A stretch of DNA of 60,521 nucleotides, filler included, from Asterionella formosa (Eukaryota), in the NCBI GenBank assembly GCA_002256025.1. It is 12 parts of 12 records of this genome, joined end to end, with 100 filler letters (N's around TTAATTAATTAA, not from the genome) between each part and the next. Parts side by side here need not be neighbours in the genome. Positions count along the whole stretch, not along the records: positions 10,135 to 15,093 come from NKIB01013280.1; positions 15,194 to 20,152 come from NKIB01013281.1; positions 20,253 to 25,216 come from NKIB01013283.1; 9 more parts are not named here. One strand, written 5' to 3'. Under the pieces are notes generated by a model, which ran no database searches, was not told the origin of the DNA, and was given only the letters and a program-made list of their open reading frames with translations. The position numbers and the translations under genes are program-made. This document shows positions 11,400 through 23,329 of the stretch, piece after piece (positions within the stretch are counted from its first letter, which is position 1; every line of letters begins with the position of its first letter).

Positions 11400-13440
11400 G
11401 TCCTGAGGAATGATGAGATTGGATGATCCGCCCCAATGGTTCATTTTTTGTTTTTTTTCACTCCCAAAGAACCTAAGATGGTCCTTCTCGTTTCGTCCGA
11501 AAATTTTCTTCTCCACTTTTCAACTGCAGTTCGATATATGCGAGTCTGTAAAATTTTTCAATTTGATTCCAGAAGGGCTATCATCAGTTACAAAACATTT
11601 TTTGAAATTTTTGTCAATTTTGTTGCATCCAGAAATTTGGCCAAGTGGTAGATGGTTATACCATCTGAAGGGAGCAACTTTTTCATTTATTTGTTTGATC
11701 ATGGATTTCACCTTGACAACATCATCCTTCTTGAAAGATTAATTCCAAGGAAGACGCCCAAATACTTCGTTCAACATTTTTAAATCTCAAGAGGAGCTCA
11801 AAAATTTTGTCGATACAAAATTGAAGACCAGTTATTTCCAACTGAAACAGATCCTCACGAATGTTTGTCTTTGTCACTTGACGCCAAACTGTTCCAAGAT
11901 GAAAGTATGTTGACTTGGTTGGTGGGTCAAATGTAACAGATAACAAATCGTCTGTTCGATCAGTTGCTACCACCTGACGTTTCAAAACTTTCCAGGACTC
12001 TGTCTTCAAACGGAATTGTGCCCGGTTGCCAAGAAATTTGGTTTTGCCATTCCTCTCTAGTTGCAATATAGTTTCCAATACTTTCACAATTGTAAATGGT
12101 CTACATGACCATCCATTATCATCTTCTGGTTGAAATAACATGGAATCATGTTCAGTGGCCATAATGATCTGCAATGGCGCCATGCTTTGGTGCCAGTATA
12201 GAAACATTCCGATAAACCAATTTCTTCAGGTGCATGTATTCTTGTGGAAGATATCTTGTATCGGTGCTTAACAATTCCAATTGTTTCGTGCATCCAGGGA
12301 TGATGCAGTACTTATGGGCAAGGTGAAATACTTGATCATAATGTTCATCCAAACTTGCATCTTTTCCTGGATCACAGACTTGACATAATCCATCATTTAT
12401 AGCAAAAGATAATGCACAAAATGGTTGTTTTCCTCCTCATCTGATCTTTTGCAATAAACAATTAGCACATATTTAGCTACTGTCATGATGAAGTGGATGA
12501 CAATCACCTTGGTATATAAATGGTTTGTCATTACCATTTTCTGGGTTCTCATCCAGATAAAATATAGTATAACCTTTACATCAGTTGGATGAAGTTCATG
12601 AATTATATAATGGATCATAGAGGTAATTGTTTCAAGGTCCCAATATGCCAGATCTTTAAAATGTGAAGATGATTCTTTGATACCTTTGACTCCATAAAAG
12701 ACAGAGGCGTAATTGCATATTTCTTGTGGGGTACGTGTGTACAAATCTTTCCACAATTTTAGTTGTCCATGAATTTTCGGCAAACTCAAGGAAAATTCAG
12801 TTTGCTTTGGCATAATAACTCTAAACATTTCACATGCTGACTCTTCACAAAAGTAGCTGCCTTCCGGATTGTTCTCGATGATTTTACAGAGAAATTCTTT
12901 TTTTTTCATGTGTGATTTGGAAAAAGATTCAATTTCTCTGTCTGCATTGGTCTTCTTGAATTCGAGGTCTTGATCTAGCTCAGACTTTTCCTTGAATATA
13001 TTTTCTTTGAGAAATGCAATAGTTTCTCTGCTTTCATGATGTCAATCTTGATGTGCGTTCTGGACGAAAAGTGAGACATATTTCTTGGTTTTGCAACTTT
13101 TCAACCATTTCTACTTCAGAAGTGATGTCTCCCACATTTCCGCCGGTATTTTCATTCATCGCATGAATTTGTTCATCAAATGAATGAGAATCACTGGTTT
13201 CTTCTTCATTATCAGCAATTTCAGGAGAATGAGGAGCAAAATACGACACTGGATGGAACTGAGACTCTGTAGGAATAGAGTCTTCATCCGTGAAGTACAA
13301 CTGTTTGGGTTTCCTCTCCTCTTCGAATGCAATCTTTCCTTCTTTTCAATCTCTGCCACTATTGTATCGGCATACTTGCTTCATTATTTTTTCTGGAGTA
13401 TTATGAATCTGTTCAAATTCATCTGATCGCTCTTTGAGTG
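11400..13440 (-). pseudogene. Long degraded gene, possibly with a Ulp1/C48-like cysteine peptidase domain (transposon cargo)
   Basis: Chain of same-strand ORF pieces (13034-13300, 12397-12909, 11722-12207); NNHFVHYLL and QPEDDNGWSC(R)PF resemble the His and Gln-Cys motifs of C48 proteases. Confidence 0.4.
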
Positions 13441-14354
13441 TATCCAAAGTAATCTTCGATTGATTTCATAAGTTGCTTCATCTTCTTTTCCGAAGACATA
13501 AAGTCGTGTATTGTAACAAGTCACGTTTCTTGTTTGACTGATCCTTTGCATGAAATCCATGAAATGCCATTTGGAAAGCAAGTTGTCAAAGGACCAGAAG
13601 ACTATGATGTAAAACAGTGGAAGGGAAACGCGGAGCTTTTTGCGGCGCTTGTGAAGGTGCAACTGGTGTGATGTAGTAATTGTTGAACAGAGCACAGTGT
13701 AATAGTATGCATGTTCTGCCAGTGTAGTGTTTACACAATACCAATGCCGGTATATATATCTATAACAAGGAAAAAAAACGACAATGAACGTGATCATGGC
13801 TGGTTGTTGAGGATACTGGTATGTGATATGCATCAATCCATATCACAAATCATATTATGGTGATGTCCATATTAACGCATCTGCATACTTAGATCCTATC
13901 CAGCACCATATAATACTATCATATTACCTGTTGGCTTTTACTGTATACATTAAAAGTCGAATTTATATATTAAGTATCATAATTATAATTTATTTATTTT
14001 CTATGATGTATTGATAACACTTGCGTATATATTTATCGTATTTTATTGTCATTGTATTATTTTAACATAATCATATTTTGATCAAAATTATATCATAAAC
14101 ATTTTAAGAAATCATCACAGTTCTATGATCAATGCATCATAGCTATGTGATATACTTTACTCAAAATTACGTATCATACTTTGGTGATGTATGCATCGAT
14201 GTAAACCTATCGTGATATCACATTATCATCTTATCAATCATGATGAGATGATTGGGAACTGTAGTATTCTGCATCGTAGTACAGAGTATGATGTTGAAAC
14301 ACGCACTTTAGTAGCTAAGTCACTCCTGTAATGTACACAAGTCGACAGCGCACA

Positions 14355-14785
14355 TACACACACGCTAATCAGGTTTGAGGCATCGGACAGTGGTTCCAAC
14401 GAGCGAATGACAATAGCAAGGGTACCAATTTTTCCAGCGGCAAACCGCAATGATGAAGGACACTTGTCCCTCTATTGATGAGGATGACACGGACAACGAC
14501 TTTTCCAGGAGCAAACAACAATGAAGAGACCCACTTGTCGCTCTATTGATGGTAACAAAGATGCGGACAAGTTCAACAGTGAGACGAATACAAGAAAAAC
14601 ATACCAATGAAAACAAGTCGGCAGTGTGTGTACGCACACGCCAAGCAGATTTGAGGAAACGGATAGTTCCAACAAGCAAATGACGATATGGATATCAAAT
14701 ATTTCCTACGAGCAAACAACAATGAAGAGAGCCACTTGCTTTTGCTCTCTTGATGGTATCAAAGATGCGGACAAGTTCAATAGTC
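14355..14785 (+). repeat. Diverged local tandem duplication (~200-275-bp period)
   Basis: GAGCAAACAACAATGAAGAGA...CAAAGATGCGGACAAGTTCAA at ~14510 and ~14710; CACACGC...TTTGAGG...GTTCCAAC at ~14359 and ~14635. Confidence 0.8.
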
Positions 14786-14855
14786 AATACAAGTACAGCA
14801 TGCCAAATGCAGAAACGAGTGACATGAAAAAGAAATTGTAATCAGAATCATTCTA

Positions 14856-15093
14856 TAACTATAGCTATGTGGACTGTAGTCTGTTACATTTTCGCATCTC
14901 CTTCTATGCTGAATTTCAATAGTAGATGTAGTATCATGTGAGAATTGAAAATGTCAACGAGAACAAGTAGAATGTGTTTGTTTACAGGTTGATTGGCGAG
15001 ATTGTAACGCTGGTGGTCGACGAAACGGATTTACAATGTGCACTGTGTGCGGAACCATTACGAGTTCGAATGATTTCTTCTCTGTAAACTCTT
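14856..15093 (+). repeat. Dispersed repeat, copy 1 (copy 2 at ~51047-51292)
   Basis: Shared blocks TCTCCTTCTATGCTGAAT, GAGAACAAGTAGAATGTGTTT, ATGTGCACTGTGTGC, TGATTTCTTCTCTGTAAACTCTT. Confidence 0.9.
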
Positions 15094-15193
15094 NNNNNNN
15101 NNNNNNNNNNNNNNNNNNNNNNNNNNNNNNNNNNNNNTTAATTAATTAANNNNNNNNNNNNNNNNNNNNNNNNNNNNNNNNNNNNNNNNNNNN

Positions 15194-16293
15194 ACCAAGA
15201 CATCTTCGTTGCGCAAAGCATTACAAAAGGTTTCGGCTTGTGTTCGTCCCTCTTCACCCCCTGGAAACTCCCTCACCATGCCCCTTCCAGTGGTATGAGC
15301 TGACATCATCACTTTCTCAGCACTGTCCTCATCAAGAGCAGCAACGTCTTTCAGAATTTGAGCTACTCTTGTTCGTTTGTTCATGCGATCATTGTACAAC
15401 ATGACACGAAAGGTAGTGGAAGAATTGTTAGCCAATGATGAACGACTGATGTGCTCGTCTTCCTGGAGTCGATTTATGAACGCACGGCATGTCCCAGCCG
15501 AGACTGCATAATTGCCAAGAGCACGCATATCAGGACGTATCAATGCATTCATCCCCAAGACAACGCCATTGACATCCACAAGGGGCCCACCAGACATTCC
15601 TCCTGCCATGGCAGCATCTGTCACAACAAATGTTGAATTTCTTTCTGTGTAGCTCGTATCATTGTTTGCTTTTGTCGTTGTCGCAGTACTGGATCCAAAC
15701 CATTCCGACACCCCCTTTGCCATACCGCAAACTATTCCCATGGTCATGGCTGGTCCACCCACAATTCCAGAAGGATATCCGCTAGCAAACGCTAATGTGC
15801 CAACAGGAATAGTTTCGTTCAGACTCAATTGCAATGGTTGGTAAGTACGAGTACTATTGTCTGTCTTGAAACGGATCAAGGCAACGTCCGAATCTAAATC
15901 CCTCCCTACGACTGTGGCCGCATAGTAAGCAGTTGTCGTTGCATCAGGAAAGCACACCGTTAAACCAAGTCCTGGTGATGCCACATGTGCCGCCGTGAGA
16001 AGATAGACGTACTGTTCGTTATCATTGTAGTTCACCACAAAGCCAGTACCTTGCGACGTAATGTTCCGTACTCCTACGGGTACCACCTTGGCAACCTGTG
16101 GATGGATGCTCTGAGCCACATTGGTGGCAAAGTCGGATCGCACTGAACTTTGAATGCCGAATGGGGCTACTCGGTGCTGCTGCACAAAAGGACGAACTAT
16201 TACGAATGCATGGCAGGAAAATGTGGCAGTTAAACAAGACAAAATAAATAGAACTGTAGGTCGGCGGGGAATGATTGCGGAACCAAAGGACAT
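15194..16293 (-). CDS. Putative plastid-targeted trypsin-like (Deg/HtrA-type) serine protease fused to a C-terminal ClpS domain; last few codons cut by the contig end
   Basis: Signal peptide with SCHA/FVI (ASAF-type) site; QGTGFVV, LLTAAHV (His), GRDLDSDVALI (Asp), TDAAMAGGMSGGPLVDVNGVVLGMN (Ser); C-terminal FRVMLYNDRMNKR...AEKVMMSAHTTGRGMV...AETFCNALR matches the ClpS pattern. Confidence 0.9.
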
Positions 16294-17155
16294 GTTTGGA
16301 AACAAGTGATTTGTGTTGGGAAATGCCGCTATTATAGTTAAGAAGGTTGGCATGTATAATACGCAGTGCTGCCAAGAGCCAATTGCAAGGGACGATGATG
16401 TTTTATGAACGAAAGGATCACATTCTTTGTTCCACATGTGCCGGTATGCTGTCTCAGTCGTCAGAGTTTGGTCCAGAATCATCAGACATAATATAAGAAT
16501 ACCAGTATTCCAAATACCTGTAGGACAGATTCTCGCAGAACGCCGATGAATATCTTTTCGGTTCTTCCACTTTGCTACTGTACAGACGATACCTGCGATG
16601 TTTACACCTATGTACCGGTATATTAGATAAACTGTAAGGTTTGTACCGGTATTTCTTTGTCAGAATACTGAGGCTATGTGGCTAGGAGCCTACCGGTACA
16701 TATCAACGGTAACACCTGGAACGACATCTATGTAGTACCTGTTGCAGTATGTAATTAATATGCATGTGTACCGGTATCTACTGCCTTTTACTTACCTGGT
16801 AGTACCAGGGAACAGTGATGCTGCAAATACTAATCGCTCATTTTAGTTTTGGTCATGATTGATGCTCCGTCTCGTCAGGAACATTCACTGGAAGCAACCC
16901 CCTATTATCCTCTTGGATCATGGAATGTCAACCGAACAATGGCAGTTTTCGCAATACATACATGAACATAAATAATAAAAGTCTAACTTTGATATTGATA
17001 AATAGGTTCACCAAAATTAAATGTTCAAGTTTACAAAATTCTATTTCTTGGTTTCTCAAGATCCACTAATCACTTGGCCATGCAGCGCGGTACTAATGAG
17101 CCCAAGGGTGGGTGGCACATTCCATTCAGAAATATCCCTCATCACACCAGTCACG

Positions 17156-19222
17156 TTAGACATTTGAACATCCACAGAGGATGGCATTCACTTGCACAAT
17201 GGCGTCTTTTTGCGTACATTCCTGACGAGTCCACGCATTAACAATACCATCCAACTCTTCACACGTCATAGCTGTCGACATTTGTGCAAGTTGTGTAGGA
17301 TATAGAGGCGAGGAGCCATTGGGACACAAGCTGCAATCGCTGGCCGCTGGTGCAGCTACCGAACAACAACGAATGGAATTTTCCTCCATGGCGAACTGTT
17401 GAAGAGCACACACGTCTGGAGAAAAGTCCCGGACCATTGCAGCCAAGTCTCCACAGGTGCCTCCTCCTGGTAAAATATACCCTAGATCGGATGGAGCATT
17501 CCCATTGATACATAGTGCACATCCATCGGTAGTTGTGACATTTACTTCCGTTGATATCCCTTCATTATTAGTAGGTATGGTCACATTGGTCGGATCGGCA
17601 GCATTGGACGTACTATTGGTGTTGCCATCTGGAATCTCGGGAAGATGACACCCACAATAATCAGAATTGATTTGAATTAGGGAAGACTGTTCCTTGCACT
17701 CACCAGCAGAGAATTGGGCAATCAAATGGTCGAGATCTCTACAGGATAGATCTCCTGATAGTGAAATCCGATCTGGGTCATACACCAGACCAGAGGGACA
17801 GAGTGAACAGAACATGGATGGACACCCACAATTGACAGCATTAGGAGTGATCATTGACCTCTGTAGACTTGCGCATTCATTTTCACCGAGAATGGAAATG
17901 TATCCATTCAACTGCTTGCAGGTCATTTCGTCATTCAGGGAACGAGAGTCCGGCAATGACGGATAATCACCGTTTGGACACAGAGAACATGACTGCTGCG
18001 CAGTGGGGCAGCCACAGTATGCAGCACTTCCTTGGATACCAGAAACAAAGTCAAATGAACATTGCTCGCTCGAAAGAGTAGAAACGAAGCTGTTCATTTC
18101 AGCACAGGTATCATTGAAAACAGGAATTGTCAAGTTTGAAGGGAGCAGTCCAAAGGGACAGAAATTACAAGTTGAACTGTTAAGCGAAGGAATTTCAGGA
18201 CAACCGCAATAATTAGCAAATATTTGAATGTCTGTGTTGCATTTTCCACCCGTACTGTCAACAATGAGTTGGGCATTCTCGACAAGGTAGCTGCAGGTAC
18301 GGGGCGTCGATTCGTCTCCATGCCGAAAGCGAGGGATCAGCTTGCCTGGATTTTCCACGTTGATGTTTCTGTCTGGACAAAGTGTACACGTAAAATCAGT
18401 CGGAGCTTGTGATGGAGATATGGACTGGGAGGGAGCTGCGGATGGCTCCACACTGAAACTTGGGGAACTAGTCACTATTGGAACATAGTACGGAGCGCCT
18501 TCACTGGAGGTGGACGCTGAATGAACCGATCCTGATTTAAGAACTCCCCCCACTACTCCAATAATAGCCCCAAAAAAGAGCAAAATACCCAGAAACCAGA
18601 AAATTCTCCCTTTGGCAGGATGATCATCGATAATCTTGACCACATCCGCTAGGACTGCGGATCGAATAAATTCATCTCTGAGCCTTCCTAGACGCTGTTC
18701 GACTTGCGCTTCAATGTCCGCAGATTCCTCCACAATTTGGGCAACCACGATGAATTCATCATTCGAATGGCTGATAGCGACAGTCGCTGGATCCAAGGAT
18801 TGAGGTTTGAAAATATTAATTTCCTCCGCTTGTTCCTCAGTAAAGACCTTTGGTTGTTCTTTTAGCAAAGACTGGTTGCTTCTTTCCTTTCTCCTCTCCC
18901 GAGCGGCTTGGTGCATGCGATCCAGAAAGCAACTCGTTCCCGTCGATTCCGAATCAATCTTGCAATCTCTCATCTTTCGTCGTTCTCGAGCAGCTCGATG
19001 CATTTCATTTGTAGTACGTAGCTCCACTCCTCGATGAGATAGTTTGTGTAGCTTCTTTTCTGTGTGGCGTGCTGCAGTCGCACTGCTGGTGATGGCAGTT
19101 CCATTAGTTATAATAATAGGATCATATTGTTCCGAGGCTTCCATCATGGCGACAGCGCCAGGTACCACCACAGCACCAGCATCAGGTTTCATTTTCACGA
19201 CTTTTGCACAAGTTGCGTTCAT
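17156..19222 (-). CDS. Single-pass membrane protein with about six diatom-type cysteine-rich repeats
   Basis: Open ~688-aa frame; TM segment IFWFLGILLFFGAIIGVVGGVL, PS-rich stalk, repeats C(S/T)LCP..G....TC..L......C......CGC; start could be 19222 or 19192. Confidence 0.9.
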   Translation of the reverse strand: MNATCAKVVKMKPDAGAVVVPGAVAMMEASEQYDPIIITNGTAITSSATAARHTEKKLHKLSHRGVELRTTNEMHRAARERRKMRDCKIDSESTGTSCFLDRMHQAARERRKERSNQSLLKEQPKVFTEEQAEEINIFKPQSLDPATVAISHSNDEFIVVAQIVEESADIEAQVEQRLGRLRDEFIRSAVLADVVKIIDDHPAKGRIFWFLGILLFFGAIIGVVGGVLKSGSVHSASTSSEGAPYYVPIVTSSPSFSVEPSAAPSQSISPSQAPTDFTCTLCPDRNINVENPGKLIPRFRHGDESTPRTCSYLVENAQLIVDSTGGKCNTDIQIFANYCGCPEIPSLNSSTCNFCPFGLLPSNLTIPVFNDTCAEMNSFVSTLSSEQCSFDFVSGIQGSAAYCGCPTAQQSCSLCPNGDYPSLPDSRSLNDEMTCKQLNGYISILGENECASLQRSMITPNAVNCGCPSMFCSLCPSGLVYDPDRISLSGDLSCRDLDHLIAQFSAGECKEQSSLIQINSDYCGCHLPEIPDGNTNSTSNAADPTNVTIPTNNEGISTEVNVTTTDGCALCINGNAPSDLGYILPGGGTCGDLAAMVRDFSPDVCALQQFAMEENSIRCCSVAAPAASDCSLCPNGSSPLYPTQLAQMSTAMTCEELDGIVNAWTRQECTQKDAIVQVNAILCGCSNV

Positions 19223-20252
19223 GTTGTTGTTGTCCGTGGAGTAATATAATGATGGTCCACACCAAGAAATAAATGAGTGACATGTTTTGTTTCGATCCAC
19301 GCCAACTACACTGGCTGCCTAATTTTGGGCATTTTGTGAGGGGAATGGAAAGAAATTGTCATTTCGTGACTAGCACGTTTTGTAGTTTACCCGGTAGTTC
19401 CATCGTGTGTGACTGAGAAATCAATCACAAGCAGTCAACCACTGTCCAAACCAGGCGTGCTGCTTGGAATGTTGTCATTGATCAGTCTGGAGGGCTCGCC
19501 TTTCCTATGTTCTCAATCCACACATATATACTATTGCTGAGATTGTTCTCGATCGACGACCTGTTTATTTTTTGACATGTGCATAGATACCGCCATGTCC
19601 ATATTGCGGTGTGGTATATTTCTTAAATCTGCTTGCTTGTCTCGTTCACATATGTACCGGTAATTTGACAGCTCACGAAGTGGTGACGACACGAGGTGAT
19701 ATTGATCAGCCCCAATTGCTTCTTCACATGATTATTGTCGCCGGCCGTCGTCGCTGATACCGGTCCAACAATTCTTACATACTGTACCTCGTGTTCTACT
19801 TTGTAGTACTTCCAGACCTTAACTACCGGTACGGAAAATCTAATGTTCAATTCTAGCTTACCTACCGGTGCATGAAATAATAAAACAGGTGATGTGTTCG
19901 CAAATGATGATTTCCCAGCCACAATATCATGTTATGTGATTATATAATATATATGCGGTAAACATACTATTTATTTAGGAAGGACTGCATATAGCATATT
20001 CTTATTTAGCCACACTTATTTAAATGCCTACCGGTACGACTTTTTCAAACGCACAAAGATTTCGTAGACATTCATTCATGATCATTTTTTGGCTTGCCGC
20101 CGCAGCAACAACAATCAGAAATATAAATATATGATTGAACATGCTTTACCCTNNNNNNNNNNNNNNNNNNNNNNNNNNNNNNNNNNNNNNNNNNNNTTAA
20201 TTAATTAANNNNNNNNNNNNNNNNNNNNNNNNNNNNNNNNNNNNNNNNNNNN

Positions 20253-20831
20253 CAAAAGAGCCATATCCTGCTGGTACAATCCCGAGATTCGATGTTCTAA
20301 GTGAGTGAGAAAGGTTTCGACGTTCTTCGGTGTTTGCGCCATCCTATCACGCAAAGATCGATCAGCGTAGGATTCAAATACTTGTTTCACAGATACCTCA
20401 TGTCGTACCTTCCGCAACGACTCCAAAACCTGCAAATTCTCTGGACAAGAGGTGGACGTTTCCATATAAATGTGTTTTCTTAGTGTTTGATTGGGAGAAT
20501 AGCGCAAAAGGGCATTGGAAATGGACGCATCTTTACTTAATGTCACTTGAGAAGGAGTTCGTGTCGATGATTGTGGAATGTTGGATTCAATCACATGACG
20601 AGATAAAACATCGTCGACCCATTGAGCTTCGACATTAAAGTAATGAGTCGAATTAGTAATGTTTTGCTGAAACAACGATTCCAATTGTACCACATGTGAC
20701 TGCAATTGTTGAACATCAAATTGTTGTTCGATGGACAAATGAATCCCATCTCGCTCAAACTCTGCTTTTAACAAGGATGCAAATCGTTGTTGCTCTTCAG
20801 ATAGAGTAGGAAATACCAGTGAATTGGTCAC
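20253..20831 (-). CDS. Internal fragment of mitochondrial intermediate peptidase (peptidase M3); 5' part absent
   Basis: LSEEQQRFASLLKAEFERDGIHL, LRKHIY, ENLQVLESLRKVRHE, FESYADRSLRDRMAQTPKNVETFL match the MIP/Oct1 pattern. Confidence 0.8.
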
Positions 20832-20924
20832 CAGTACTAGTGCATTGAAAATGTTGGTATCCGCATTAAGTTGCCCAATATAATCACATAGGATGGAAAA
20901 GGCATGACTGGCACTCTCTTGCCA

Positions 20925-21130
20925 TTGAAGTAGGACAATGCCTTCTTGTAATATTCCAATGAGGTTGATCTACCATATGTTGGATTGTCGTTTTGGCTTG
21001 GGTTTGGTTTACCATAAGTCTTCACAGCCATCCATTTGTATATGTGTTCAGGCTTGATGTCTGCTAGCTGCTCTAGACTAAACTCATAGTCAGTAGCATA
21101 TTCTATCCCATCTTTGTAGGTCATCATCGC
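20925..21130 (-). mobile_element. Fragment of a stramenopile repeat-associated ORF, possibly the N-terminus of a Crypton-like tyrosine recombinase element
   Basis: LADIKPEHIYKWMAVKTYGKPNPSQNDNPTYGRSTSLEYYKKALSYF recognised from memory as a multicopy family; no catalytic residues seen. Confidence 0.4.
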
Positions 21131-21537
21131 CAATGGAATCCTCCTGTATCGATGGCATTGCAAAGGTTGGTTCATTCCTATCAACATGGTCTGCCTAGTT
21201 TTGCTTTAATTTAAAATATATATGATGTATATGTATATATCAGTCTATATTACCTGTAAATAGTCTATTCAGGAAGCCTTCTATAAATATTGGTGTGTGG
21301 GCAACCATCTACCGGTAGTATGGCACCAGTTACCTATGCAGTGGTGGTTCCTGGTCCTCCGAGTACCAGGTAGTACTTTATATCAATCTTACGTACATGG
21401 ACAAATAAGATTGATTTATGATGGTGCAGTGGTTGAATTTCCCAAGAGGTTACAACAATATACGACTAATCTGAGTTGAAAATTCAACCAAAGGAAAAAG
21501 AAGAGGAAAAATTCGACCGCCAATGCAACCGGGTTGA

Positions 21538-21667
21538 AATTCTTGGAGGTCAATACGTCCTTGAGTAAATGAGCCCCAAAGGCACCAGCCGCTACTCCTG
21601 TCGATCCCAACAGTGCTGCTATCCATTGAAGTTGTGGAGCATTGCTGCTATTGCTGCTTGCTGTCAT
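21538..21667 (-). pseudogene. 5' fragment of a TMEM256/DUF423-family gene
   Basis: IAALLGSTGVAAGAFGAHLLK signature; similarity stops after TSKN. Confidence 0.75.
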
Positions 21668-21979
21668 TGTGTATATTATTTTCTACTAATGGCGAATCGT
21701 AAAAAACGAAGAAAACGAGAGCAGTGGTGTCAAAAACACTCCAACCACTTACTTTCTCCGAGTATTAGACTAGTACCAGGTAAGGTTTATATATCATATG
21801 ATTCTGATGTTAATGATCAAGTGATGCGGATGAACAAGAACTACTACCTGGTACCTGGTATCATGGCCGATGTGGCTGTAGGTGCAAATACAGGTACCAG
21901 TAGTTTGAGAACATTGGGTACATAGGCTCATGTGGACCTAGTACAAAAAAGAACCCTAACCTTTCAATTGAAATAATTA

Positions 21980-22810
21980 TCACGAAAAAATACTTGTTGT
22001 TTTGCCTTGCCAATTGGCCTTAACTGACCATCGCTTTTCTTGTTCCTTGCTGTGATCTCACGGATCCATCACTGGTTTGAGCATTGTTAAATATTTGGAC
22101 TAATAGAATGAGTGGATGGATCCATGAGGGAACTCATCACTTGTCTTCCACTGAGTATTTACCATTTTTAACATTGGTGTTACAATAAGCACCAGCAATT
22201 CTTGACTTGCTATTACTAAGCGTAATACACAGGACATTTGATCTGAGGAGGTGGTAGAGGAATGGACCATGAGAAGTATGATGAAACTCAAAACTAGCTA
22301 GGGAAGATAATAAAAGCTACAATATAATTAATAACATAGCTACAGTAATAGTAAATGGAAAGAATAGCTACGTTCAATGATATAGCTCCATTCCAAAACA
22401 TGTGTGGTGGAGCAGTACAATGCCTGAGTAGACCATCTTGCACTTTGCAACAAGTAAATTAAAGTATGTTTGGTGAATAACAAAGACCAAAATACATTGC
22501 ATTTGAGAGACAATCACCCAGCTTCTTTTTCTTTCCTCAAAAGATGTTCATGGACAGAAGTACACTAGTGGTATATAGGTGTGTTGAGAACACTCAATTG
22601 CAGAATATAAATTTGAATGGATACACCTTCACTCTTCTAAATATAAAATATCGCCAAAAAATGCTTGTTGTTTTGCCATTACAAATGGCCATCACTGACC
22701 ATTGCTTTTCTTTGTACTACCTTATTGCGATCTCGTGGATCCAACTCCGGTTCAAGCATCTCAACCGTCTGGATTCAAAGAATGAGTCGATGGATCCGCG
22801 AGGGCACGCA
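21980..22810 (+). repeat. Two diverged direct copies (~21980-22135 and ~22650-22810), probably transposon subterminal sequence
   Basis: AAAAAATRCTTGTTGTTTTGCC...ACTGACCATYGCTTTTCTT...GATCTC..GGATCC in both copies. Confidence 0.7.
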
Positions 22811-23329
22811 TTCTCAGTTAATTTTGAGCTATTTTAAAATTATTTGCGCAAAATGTTCCTAGTGGCTGAAATGGATTCCGATTGAGCTCTTATGTGACCA
22901 CACACACCTGAGATTTAATGTCGAAGATGACATGAAGACTATGCTGACAAGAACGGTTTTCAAAATTCGTGGAAAGAGAGGCAAATAAAGTGGTTCTGGC
23001 GGAAAATGTTCTGGTTGACATGTATCGGCATGATTATTGTGAGAAAGGAAGTGGTCAGCATGAGTTTCTATACCTGACAATGGAAGAAGAAGACATGCCC
23101 GAGTCTCCATCTGAAAAGAATGCATCTTTTTGAATGGATACATGTGTTGCAAAGTGATTATGTGGGGGGAGGGGTGAAAATGTAGTCATTGATGACATTT
23201 CAACAAAGTTGATAAGGACACATGATCATCCAACCACCAATAAAAGAAAATTCAATTTTGATGACAAAGCAAGGAATAGTGAGATGTCATAGCAGTTGAG
23301 TCTCGTTGTTCCAACTCACTTGATGATAA

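Noticed and set aside
16294..16482. N-terminal 63 aa of the 446-aa ORF
   Set aside because: The signal peptide begins at Met 16293, so the upstream extension is probably untranslated.
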